Assembly (NCBI GenBank): GCA_020636845.1
Contig: JACJXD010000006.1
Span: 29,153 to 93,152 of the forward strand
DNA: 64,000 nucleotides
Direction: 5' to 3'
From: Bacteroidales bacterium
GTDB lineage: Bacteria; Bacteroidota; Bacteroidia; Bacteroidales; Tenuifilaceae
Below the pieces are notes generated by a model. That model saw nothing but the letters and a program-made list of their open reading frames with translations. It ran no database searches and had not been told where the DNA came from. The position numbers were made by a program, and so were the translations under genes. Positions 10,817 to 19,330 of the stretch are shown one piece after another; positions within the stretch are counted from its first letter, which is position 1, and every line of letters starts with the position of its first letter.

Positions 10817-13282
10817 ATGATTTACCCTGAAACCTTTGAGCAAAAGGTTGGCTTCGATAAGTTGCGCGAACTTGCCGTAGAGCGTTGTTTATGCCCGTTG
10901 GGTGTGCAAAAGATTCGTGATGTTGGTTGTAGCAGTAAATTTTCGGAAGTAGAACTTTGGATTAAGCAGGTTGACGAGATGAAGTCGATTTGCATGATGG
11001 AGCAAGGATTTCCCGTTGATGGATATTTTGACGTTACGCCTTCGTTGCGAAAAATAGCCAAGGAAGGTAATTGGCTCGACGAAACCGAGTTGGTAAACCT
11101 GCGTCAGTCGCTTAATGCCATTAAGCAGCTAATTACCTTTGTAGGAAAGGTTACCGAAAAGTATCCCACAATAGCCCAGTTGGCAAAGGGTGTTAGTTAT
11201 TACCCTTACGTTACGGAGCGTATCGATGCAATTCTTGATAAGTTTGGTAGGATAAAGGATAACGCATCGTCGGAATTGGCACAGATTAGGTCGTCTATTA
11301 CGAGTCGTCAGTCATCGGTTAGCAAGTTAGTTCAAACCATACTTCGTTCTGCACGAGACCAAGGCGTTGTCGAGTCCGATGTTTCGCCAACCATAAGGGA
11401 TGGGCGTGTGGTTATTCCGGTAGCGGCGGGCAATAAGCGAAAGCTTAAAGGTATTGTACACGACGAATCGGCCACGGGTAAAACCGTGTTTATCGAGCCT
11501 GTTGAGGTTGTTGAACTTAATAATGAAATAAGGGAGTTGGAGTACGAAGAAAAGCGGGAAGTTGTTCGTATTCTTATTGAGTTTGCCAATGTAATTCGCC
11601 CTTATTTGCCGGATTTGCTCAATGCTTACAATTTCATGGGCGAGATTGATTTTATAAGGGCCAAGGCTTTGTTGGCTATTGAGTTTAACGGTACCAAACC
11701 GATAATAAACGAGGGGAAGGGAATTTTTCTTAAACAGGCCAAGCATCCTATTTTGCAGTTTGCCCTAAAGAAGGAAGGGAAAAGCGTTGTTCCTCTCGAT
11801 ATCGAATTAAATCAGGAGAATCGAATATTACTAATATCGGGGCCGAATGCCGGAGGAAAGTCGGTTTGTTTAAAAACTGTTGGACTGCTTCAGTATATGT
11901 TTCAATGCGGGTTTTTGCCGAGTGCTTTGGAAAATTCGGAAATGGGGGTATTCAAAAATATTTTTATTGATATTGGCGATGAGCAGTCCATCGAGAACGA
12001 CTTGAGTACGTATAGTTCGCACCTCTTCAGCATGAAGCACTTTCTTAAAAATGCCGATAGCGATAGTTTGGTTTTAATCGATGAGTTTGGTGCGGGTACG
12101 GAACCTACGGCGGGTGGTGCAATTGCCGAAGCCATATTGCAGACTTTTTGCAACCTGCAAACTTTCGGGGTAATAACTACGCACTACTCTAACCTAAAGC
12201 ACTTTGCCGCCAATACTCCGGGTATTATAAACGGGGCTATGCTTTTCGACCATGTTAAAATAGAGCCTTTGTTTAAGTTGGAGATGGGAAAACCGGGGAG
12301 TAGCTTTGCTTTTGAAATTGCCCGAAAAATTGGTTTACCCGAAGATGTGGTCGTCAGCGCTGCCGGGAAAGTGGGTGCCGATTATGTTACTTTCGAAAAG
12401 CATTTGCGCGAAATTTCGCGCGATAAGCGGTATTGGGAGAAGAAACGGGAGAATATTCGAATTGCTAACAAAAAGGCCGATGCGGCTCAGGAGAAGTTGC
12501 AAAAGGAACTTGAAGAGGTAGAGCGTCAGCGTAAGCAAATTATTGCCGACGCTAAAGCCGAAGCGGAAAGCCTGCTGTCCGATACAAATAAAACAATCGA
12601 GAATACCATTCGAATTATTAAGGAAACCAATGCGCAGAAGGAGGAGACTAAGCAGGCGCGCGAGGAGTTGGAACAGTTTAAGGAAACGGTTCAGAATGTT
12701 ACCTTAACCGATGCCGAAATCGAGAAGAAGATAGAGCAAATAAAGCGTAGGCAGGAGCGAAAAGCCCAAAAACGGGAAGACGAAAAGGTTGTTAAGAAAA
12801 AAGTTGTTGCGGAAAAACCGATTGTCCCGGGTGATAAGGTGAACGTGAAAGGAAGCGATTTGGTTGGAGAAGTACTAAGCATTTCGACCGATACGGCATC
12901 GGTGGCTTTTGGCGAGATGATTACCGTGCAAAAGGTGAACAGGCTAAAAAGGGTAGTTCCCGGTAATTCTGATAATTCGAAAAGTGTGAGTTCTCCTCAA
13001 AAATCGGGATTCGATGTTTATAACCGAAGGTTGAATTTTAAGACCGATATAGATGTTCGTGGTTTTAGAGCCGATGAGGCTCTTGAAACGGTTCAGGATT
13101 TAGTTGATGATGCTCTAATGCTTGGATTTTCGACGGTGCGAATTTTACACGGTAAGGGCAACGGTATTTTGCGACAGGTTATTCGCGATTACCTAAAAAG
13201 AACTCCGGGAATTGTCAACTTTGCCGACGAGCACGAGGAGTTTGGTGGTGCCGGAATAACAGTGGTAGAACTCGATGTGTAA
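10817..13282 (+). CDS. mutS2: Endonuclease MutS2 (MutS domain V ATPase plus C-terminal Smr domain)
   Basis: 821 aa. It has the Walker A GPNAGGKS, DEFGAGTEP, a Lys/Glu-rich coiled coil and a C-terminal Smr (DVRGFRADEAL...LHGKGNGILR). Confidence 0.92.
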   Translation: MIYPETFEQKVGFDKLRELAVERCLCPLGVQKIRDVGCSSKFSEVELWIKQVDEMKSICMMEQGFPVDGYFDVTPSLRKIAKEGNWLDETELVNLRQSLNAIKQLITFVGKVTEKYPTIAQLAKGVSYYPYVTERIDAILDKFGRIKDNASSELAQIRSSITSRQSSVSKLVQTILRSARDQGVVESDVSPTIRDGRVVIPVAAGNKRKLKGIVHDESATGKTVFIEPVEVVELNNEIRELEYEEKREVVRILIEFANVIRPYLPDLLNAYNFMGEIDFIRAKALLAIEFNGTKPIINEGKGIFLKQAKHPILQFALKKEGKSVVPLDIELNQENRILLISGPNAGGKSVCLKTVGLLQYMFQCGFLPSALENSEMGVFKNIFIDIGDEQSIENDLSTYSSHLFSMKHFLKNADSDSLVLIDEFGAGTEPTAGGAIAEAILQTFCNLQTFGVITTHYSNLKHFAANTPGIINGAMLFDHVKIEPLFKLEMGKPGSSFAFEIARKIGLPEDVVVSAAGKVGADYVTFEKHLREISRDKRYWEKKRENIRIANKKADAAQEKLQKELEEVERQRKQIIADAKAEAESLLSDTNKTIENTIRIIKETNAQKEETKQAREELEQFKETVQNVTLTDAEIEKKIEQIKRRQERKAQKREDEKVVKKKVVAEKPIVPGDKVNVKGSDLVGEVLSISTDTASVAFGEMITVQKVNRLKRVVPGNSDNSKSVSSPQKSGFDVYNRRLNFKTDIDVRGFRADEALETVQDLVDDALMLGFSTVRILHGKGNGILRQVIRDYLKRTPGIVNFADEHEEFGGAGITVVELDV

Positions 13283-13311
13283 TGTCATTTATGGCGAAGT
13301 CGAAAAGTCTT
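13283..13311. repeat. Copy of a short dispersed element (GTCATTT..GCGAAGTCGA.AA.TCTT)
   Basis: tgtcatttatggcgaagtcgaaaagtctt sits directly after the mutS2 stop. It is closely related to 60024-60052. Confidence 0.6.
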
Positions 13312-13505
13312 ATTGATCAAAATCAATATTTTTCAGCATTGAAAATCCAAAGTTTATTCTCATGTCAAATTTGTGTTACTCATTATTTTAAATCAATTCA
13401 GTAGGGCTTGCCCTGTTCATAAATTACGCGACTGGTTATTAAGTTTTTACAATTCCCTGTTTTGTTATGTTGGTGTTTTGTATATTAGCTAAAACAATAT
13501 AACGC

Positions 13506-14840
13506 TTGGAACTGCTCATATACTCACGAAAAATTTCGAACCGTTTCGAGTTCATTACACGGTTTATTTTTAAGGAAATTCTTAAGGTAAATTATCGGTT
13601 AACCACTTCGTTTACCGAGGCTAGCGAGTATTCCGGACCTTTAATTTGTTACGACAGTAAGGCTATTGCAAGTTCGTTGCATATTCTTCCGCAAGGGCTA
13701 CTTTGTGAAACAGGCGTACAGGTTCACACCTTTGAGTTTACAACGTGGAATGGGTTGCCGGCTTTTCCTGCATGTAAATCCGATGCCGATATTCCTTTCG
13801 ATATTTTTACCGCATCGTTTTATCTGGTTTCGCGCTACGAGGAGTATGTTTCCAAAAAGTTCGACAAGCATGGACGCTTTCCTGCATCGCAGAGTTTAGC
13901 CGAGAAGCATAATTTTTTACACTTGCCTATTGTCGATATTTGGGCTTTTGAACTTTTAAAGTTGCTGGAAAAGAGGTTCGGGGTAAAAAGTGTAAAAGCA
14001 CGTAAGTTTAGCTGGCTAACTACCTTCGATATGGATTGTGCTTTTATGTTCAGGCATAAAGGTTTTTTGCGGAATGCTTCGGGAATGCTTCGGAGTTTTG
14101 TTACGTTAAACTTTGCAGAGTTGGCTCTACGATTAAAGGTGCTGCTTGGTTTTGAACTCGATCCAATGGATGTTTATTCCGAGTTAATGGATATTTTACC
14201 GCAAGGTTCCAAAACGCTATGGTTTATTCATGCAGGGAAATGGGGAAAGTACGACAAGTCTATAAGTTTGAAAAACAAGTTGGTAAGTGGTCTTGTCGAG
14301 CAGTTGTCCGATAAGTATGAAGTGGGAATTCATCCTTCGTACAAATCTTTTTTGAATGAGAATCAGTATCGAAAAGAGTTATCAACGCTGGTTAGTGCGC
14401 TTTTACGGGCAGTAACCGTGTCGCGTTTTCATTTTTTAAGGTTTAAAATACCTGACTCCTTTCGATTTTTGTCCACCTGTGGAATTACAACCGAGTACTC
14501 AATGGGCTATCCCGATAGGGTAGGATTCCGAGCCGGAACATGCACGCCTTTTACTCTTTACGATTTGTTGGATGAGCAGTCCTTAAATGTTAAGGTTGTT
14601 CCGTTTGCAGTTATGGATTCAACGTTAAAAATGAGGTTGAAGTTAAACGAACAGCAGGCCGTAAAGCAAATACAGGATTTAGTTGATGTTGTGAAGTCGG
14701 TAAATGGGACTTTTGTAAGTATTTGGCATACCAACTACTTGGCTTCGTTTGGTAAAAACAAGGGTTATTTCCCTGTTTTGCAGGGAATGTTGGATTATTT
14801 AAAAACTTTCGACGATGAACATCCGAATCTTACAGCGTGA
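13506..14840 (+). CDS. Divergent NodB-fold (polysaccharide deacetylase-like) protein
   Basis: 444 aa with the TTG start given in the ORF track. TTFDMDCAF, VGIHPSY and SRFHFLRF are spaced like carbohydrate-esterase-4 metal and catalytic motifs. The call rests on motif resemblance only. Confidence 0.5.
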   Translation: MELLIYSRKISNRFEFITRFIFKEILKVNYRLTTSFTEASEYSGPLICYDSKAIASSLHILPQGLLCETGVQVHTFEFTTWNGLPAFPACKSDADIPFDIFTASFYLVSRYEEYVSKKFDKHGRFPASQSLAEKHNFLHLPIVDIWAFELLKLLEKRFGVKSVKARKFSWLTTFDMDCAFMFRHKGFLRNASGMLRSFVTLNFAELALRLKVLLGFELDPMDVYSELMDILPQGSKTLWFIHAGKWGKYDKSISLKNKLVSGLVEQLSDKYEVGIHPSYKSFLNENQYRKELSTLVSALLRAVTVSRFHFLRFKIPDSFRFLSTCGITTEYSMGYPDRVGFRAGTCTPFTLYDLLDEQSLNVKVVPFAVMDSTLKMRLKLNEQQAVKQIQDLVDVVKSVNGTFVSIWHTNYLASFGKNKGYFPVLQGMLDYLKTFDDEHPNLTA

Positions 14841-15744
14841 ACAAATAGACGATGCCCGATGGAACTTTATTGTTGACGAGGCGGTCAACGGTATTGTTTA
14901 TGCCTATACATGGTATCTCGATGTTGTTTCGCCGGGTTGGGGAGCGTTGGTTTCGGATAATTACGAGTACATATTTCCGTTGCCAAAATGCGAAAAGTAT
15001 TGTCAGAAGTTGATTTTGCAGCCGTTATTTGCACAGCAGTTAGGCTTGTTTTCCAATTCGGCGGTAACGCCGGAAATTCTCGATGAGTTTCTCAGCCTGC
15101 TGAAGTTAAATTTTAAGTATGTTGAGTTAAACCTGAATACTATTAATAAAACCGTTGAGTTTGCCAAGTATGCTCACGAAAGGGTAACTTACCATTTGTG
15201 TTTGGTTCAGCCTTACAGTAATATTCAGAAGAAGTATAAAGTTAATACCAAGCGCAACTGTTTAAAATCGTTTGCTCTGGGAGTTGAGGTTCACAAGAAT
15301 ATTCCTTCCGATACGTTTTTGGATTTTTACTTTCAAAATGCGGCGCATAGCGTAAATAGTGGCATGAGAAGTAAAATTTCAACCTTGGTTGAAGTTCTTG
15401 TTAAGCATAAGTATGCCGAAATTGTTGGGGCTCGTGTTGGTAACGGGAGTTTGTGTGCTGTTGCATTACTGGTGCGAAGCAATGGTAAGTTAATTTATTT
15501 GTTGGCGGCATCGTCTGCAATTGGTAAGCAGAATAGGGCTATGTTTTCTATTGTTGATCAGGTAATTCGTTGGAGTGCGGAAGACAATGTCGTTTTGGAT
15601 TTTGAAGGTTCCATGATACCTTCGGTAGCTCGTTTTTACGCAGGTTTTGGAGCACAGCCATGTTCGTACCAGCGAATAGTTGTAAATAGGTTGAGTTTTC
15701 CGTATAAGGTGGGCTTGTTCTTCAAACAAAAATTCTCGAAGTAA
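14815..15744 (+). CDS. FemAB/GNAT-superfamily acyl- or aminoacyl-transferase-like protein
   Basis: 309 aa. It overlaps the upstream gene by 26 nt. YAYTWYLDVVSPGWGALV at the N-terminus and LDFEGS..ARFYAGFGA at the C-terminus resemble FemAB-like GNAT proteins. The assignment is weak. Confidence 0.45.
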   Translation: MNIRILQREQIDDARWNFIVDEAVNGIVYAYTWYLDVVSPGWGALVSDNYEYIFPLPKCEKYCQKLILQPLFAQQLGLFSNSAVTPEILDEFLSLLKLNFKYVELNLNTINKTVEFAKYAHERVTYHLCLVQPYSNIQKKYKVNTKRNCLKSFALGVEVHKNIPSDTFLDFYFQNAAHSVNSGMRSKISTLVEVLVKHKYAEIVGARVGNGSLCAVALLVRSNGKLIYLLAASSAIGKQNRAMFSIVDQVIRWSAEDNVVLDFEGSMIPSVARFYAGFGAQPCSYQRIVVNRLSFPYKVGLFFKQKFSK

Positions 15745-15760
15745 TATAAATTGATTTATA

Positions 15761-16852
15761 ATGATATCTACAGCAAAACTTACATTAAAGCAATTAACCG
15801 TATTCTCAAACGACACAAAGTTATTTAACAGGGAGTTGTTGCCGATTAGCCGTACACGGGCATTGTCGTACATGGCAAACCCTCGCGCAAACAACGACGA
15901 CAACGTGCTTTACTTGGCTTACGACGACGACCGTTTGGTTGGTTATCGCAGCGTTTTACCCGACTTGGCTTACATCGATGAAAAACCGCACAGGTTTGTT
16001 TGGCTTAGCGGAACGTGGGTTCATCCCGATTACCGTCGCAGGGGAATATCTACCCGTTTACTCGAAGATATAACTGCCGATTGGAACGGAATGGTTTTAG
16101 GAAACCGGATGGCTCCCGGAGTAAAGCAAATTTTCGATAAAATTACTTTTTTGCACGATGTTTTTCAGGTGGATGGAATTAGGTTTCACTTGCGTAAAAC
16201 ATTTCTTAAAACTTACAATTGCTGTAATTATAGTAATCGGTTGGGCAGAATAGGCGAGCGGTGCATTAACTTTTTTAATTTTTCAATATTAAACAGGAAC
16301 TTGCTAAAGTTGCCTACAGAGGTTGAGTTGGATTACTTTTCGCGTCCCGATGCAGAGTTAAACGAATTGTTTGCACAGAGTTGTGAACATACGCTTACCA
16401 AAAGAACCGATTTGGAATGGAATTGGATTTTACGTTTCCCATGGCTTCTTTCTGCGCCATTGCCCGATGTGGTTTCACAGAAGTATTTTTTTGCATCGGC
16501 AGTAAAATCTTTTAATCAGTTTTTAGTAAAGGTTTACCGTGGCGGAGAATTATTGGGTATGTTACACATGCAGCATAGCAATACGCGGTTTTCCGTGCCA
16601 TTTTCTAATTTCAACGAGGAGTATGCGGATTTAATGGCGAAAATAGTTTTGCTTCATGCCCATAAGTGCAAGGCTTCTTTTATTACAGTTTACAATCCGT
16701 TATTAATTAATGGGTTGAAGCAGTTAAGGATGTACTACTTTTACAGTACCGATAGGGTTCGTAAGTATGTTGCAACTAATCCGTTTGCCCAGATGTTAAA
16801 CGGCAAGGTTATTAATTTTGCCGATGGCGAGGGCGATAATGCTTTTATTTAG
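15761..16852 (+). CDS. GNAT family acetyltransferase
   Basis: 363 aa. WVHPDYRRRGISTRLLEDI fits GNAT motif A. It starts 16 bp after the previous gene. Confidence 0.6.
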   Translation: MISTAKLTLKQLTVFSNDTKLFNRELLPISRTRALSYMANPRANNDDNVLYLAYDDDRLVGYRSVLPDLAYIDEKPHRFVWLSGTWVHPDYRRRGISTRLLEDITADWNGMVLGNRMAPGVKQIFDKITFLHDVFQVDGIRFHLRKTFLKTYNCCNYSNRLGRIGERCINFFNFSILNRNLLKLPTEVELDYFSRPDAELNELFAQSCEHTLTKRTDLEWNWILRFPWLLSAPLPDVVSQKYFFASAVKSFNQFLVKVYRGGELLGMLHMQHSNTRFSVPFSNFNEEYADLMAKIVLLHAHKCKASFITVYNPLLINGLKQLRMYYFYSTDRVRKYVATNPFAQMLNGKVINFADGEGDNAFI

Positions 16853-16884
16853 CAAGAAGTTAAATTGGTAATGTTGTCAACCTA

Positions 16885-17595
16885 TTAATCCATAAGGCTT
16901 TCGAAATCGATTGCTGCTGTATGCTCGGTTTCTAAAACTTTTCCTTTTTCGCATTTTAGGGTTCGTGCCGGATATTTCTTTATCAGGTTTATGTTATGAG
17001 TGGCCATAATAACAGCCTTTCCGCTAACAACAATGTTATGCAGAACATCCATAATTCCCTCGGAAGTTTCAATGTCCAAATTTCCGGTTGGCTCGTCGGC
17101 TAAAATTACGTCGGGATTATTTAGTAACGCTCGTGCAATAACCACCCTTTGCTGCTCGCCTCCCGAAAGTTGGTGCGGCATTTTGTAATCTTTAAATTTT
17201 AATCCAACTAAATCCAGCACGTCGGAAATGCGCTGCTTAATCTCGTTTTTGTTTTTCCATCCCGTGGAGCGGAGAACAAATTGCAGATTTTCGTAAACAC
17301 TTCTATCCGTTAACAGTTGAAAATCTTGAAAAACAATGCCGATTTTTCGACGAAGTTTAGGTACTTGTCTGCGTTTAACTTTTCGGAGGTTAAAACCACA
17401 AATAGTTGCATCGCCTTGCGAAAGGGGTAATTCGGCCGTAATTGTTTTAATCAGGCTGGTTTTTCCGCTTCCAACTCTTCCAATTATATACAAAAACTCA
17501 CCCTTTTGTACCGATAAGTTTACGTCGGTTAGGATAAGGCTGTCTTCCTGAAAGATATTTGCCTTTTTTATGTCAATAAGAGTGTTTTCGTCCAT
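16885..17595 (-). CDS. ftsE: Cell-division-type ABC ATPase FtsE
   Basis: 236 aa. It has the Walker [10 protein letters not shown], the signature LSGGEQQR and the Walker [12 protein letters not shown]. There is no permease domain and no adjacent ftsX. Confidence 0.7.
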   Translation of the reverse strand: MDENTLIDIKKANIFQEDSLILTDVNLSVQKGEFLYIIGRVGSGKTSLIKTITAELPLSQGDATICGFNLRKVKRRQVPKLRRKIGIVFQDFQLLTDRSVYENLQFVLRSTGWKNKNEIKQRISDVLDLVGLKFKDYKMPHQLSGGEQQRVVIARALLNNPDVILADEPTGNLDIETSEGIMDVLHNIVVSGKAVIMATHNINLIKKYPARTLKCEKGKVLETEHTAAIDFESLMD

Positions 17596-17773
17596 ATTTA
17601 CTGCAACTATAGTTTCTTCAAGTTGCTAAGGTATGAAATATCAATGTAAAATTTAGCATTTCAACATGCTAATAAATATTGATGGTTCCTGTTTAACTGC
17701 TTTTAATAAAAATGTAATTAGCCTTGCGTATTCATGCTTTATAAAGAAGTAATCGTGATAAGCAGGAGGTAAT

Positions 17774-18280
17774 TTATCTCCAATTGACGAAAATAGGGGC
17801 ATTCATCCATGCAAATTTTATTGGAGAATAACTCCATGGAAGACTATCAAGTAAAACATCAAACCCCAATTGTTCAACATTTAATTGCCAACTGTTTTCA
17901 ACCAATTCCAGGTCTCCTCCTCGAATCAAGAATGCTTCAATAAGTCCTTGAACAGAGGTTTTTCCTAAATGCTTCCAGTATTGAATTATTCCTTCCAGCA
18001 TTTGCTGCATAATTTCTATTTCGTGCGAATTTACGTTTAGGTTACAGCTTATTGAATTGGATGGGGCAATGCCGCACAGTAATTTATTGAATGTTAATTC
18101 TTGTTCGGGAACGTTGCTGTTTTTAAAAAGCAAGTATTGCAGCAACATAACGGCTCGTTCGGCACTTTGAGAATCTTTAAAACGGTTTTCGCTTGTGAGT
18201 TCCAGCAGCGAAAAAAGTTTTGGAATAAACGGATTACATAACGCCAGACCAGAGTTATTGATATGAAATTTCTCGCTCAT
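17774..18280 (-). CDS. Hypothetical protein; resembles the C-terminal domain of contractile-injection-system tape-measure proteins (from memory)
   Basis: 168 aa. The pattern NSGLALCNPFIPKLF ... AVMLLQYLL ... NKLLCGI ... GLIEAFLIRGG.L ... DVLLDSLPWSYSPIKFAWMNAPIFVNW is present. It is a stand-alone gene with its own TAnnTTTG box. Confidence 0.5.
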   Translation of the reverse strand: MSEKFHINNSGLALCNPFIPKLFSLLELTSENRFKDSQSAERAVMLLQYLLFKNSNVPEQELTFNKLLCGIAPSNSISCNLNVNSHEIEIMQQMLEGIIQYWKHLGKTSVQGLIEAFLIRGGDLELVENSWQLNVEQLGFDVLLDSLPWSYSPIKFAWMNAPIFVNWR

Positions 18281-18302
18281 TTGGATTTTGCATTTACGTA
18301 AA

Positions 18303-18310
18303 CAAAAATA
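18303..18310 (-). promoter_or_regulatory. Candidate -7 promoter box (TAnnTTTG) for the 17774-18280 gene
   Basis: The minus strand reads tatttttg 23 nt upstream of the ATG at 18280. Confidence 0.4.
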
Positions 18311-18397
18311 TAATTTATAAGCCTTTATACAAGGGCTAAGTATTGAAAAATGTTTGCATTGTTTCGCAAGTTTTGGAAACGCTTGAAGACGAAAAAT

Positions 18398-19315
18398 TTA
18401 ACTAATTAGGTTTTCCAAAGCGTTTTGCAGGGTTGGATGTTTCCATTGGAAGCCTTCGTTTAATAGCCGTTTAGGCACAACGTGTTGGCTTGCCAGCAAG
18501 GTTTCGCGGGCAAAGTTGCCTAACAAGAGTTGAAGTAAAGTAGTTGGGATTGAAAAGGTAAATTTTCGCTTTAATTGCTTATTTACTTCTTTTACCAGCG
18601 TTTTTAAGTTTTCCGGATTTGGAGCGACAAGGTTGTATGCCCCTTGTGAATTGGGATTATTTATTAAATGAAGAACAATTTGTACGTGGTCGTCAATGTG
18701 TATCCAAGGTATTTGTTGGTTTCCTTTCCCAAAGTAAATTCCGGCAAAGTTCTTTGCCGGTTTTGCTATCTTAAGGAGGAATCCTCCTTCTTTAGCCAAA
18801 ACAATGCCGGTTCTGAGTAGTATTACCCTGCAAATGCTGGAGACCTTAAGAGCCGCTTCTTCCCATTTCTCCGTTAGTTCGGCAAGAAATCCATTGCCAT
18901 GTTTGTACGTTTCGTCCATGATTTGATTGCCGGAATATGGATATATACCGACTGCCGAAGCCTGAACGAATATCTTAGGAGGCGTTTCGCAATTTTCAAT
19001 TGCCCACGAAATGGAGCGTGTGGAGTTTATTCTGCTGTTAATAATGCGCTGTTTGTTCTTTTTTGTCCAGAGGGTGGCAATGCTGCTTCCCGCAAGGTTT
19101 ACTACAACATAGCTGTTGTTAATTGCTTTTAAAAGTCCTTTCGTAGGTTCTGTATTCCAATGTATAACCTCTACTTCGGGAATATTTATGCTGTCGGGAT
19201 TTCGGGTAAGCAGCCTGACATAAAATCCCGATTGTTGCAACAGCGGAATTAGGCGACTTCCAATTAATCCTGTTCCTCCGGCTACTACTGCTATTTTTTT
19301 GCTACCTGCTTCCAT
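18398..19315 (-). CDS. YfcH/TIGR01777-type NAD-dependent epimerase/dehydratase family (SDR) protein
   Basis: 305 aa. The N-terminal Rossmann motif is VAGGTGLIGSRL. The C-terminal segment PKRLLNEGFQWKHP is typical of the DUF1731 tail. Confidence 0.75.
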   Translation of the reverse strand: MEAGSKKIAVVAGGTGLIGSRLIPLLQQSGFYVRLLTRNPDSINIPEVEVIHWNTEPTKGLLKAINNSYVVVNLAGSSIATLWTKKNKQRIINSRINSTRSISWAIENCETPPKIFVQASAVGIYPYSGNQIMDETYKHGNGFLAELTEKWEEAALKVSSICRVILLRTGIVLAKEGGFLLKIAKPAKNFAGIYFGKGNQQIPWIHIDDHVQIVLHLINNPNSQGAYNLVAPNPENLKTLVKEVNKQLKRKFTFSIPTTLLQLLLGNFARETLLASQHVVPKRLLNEGFQWKHPTLQNALENLIS

Positions 19316-19330
19316 TGTTGTCTATAAAGG

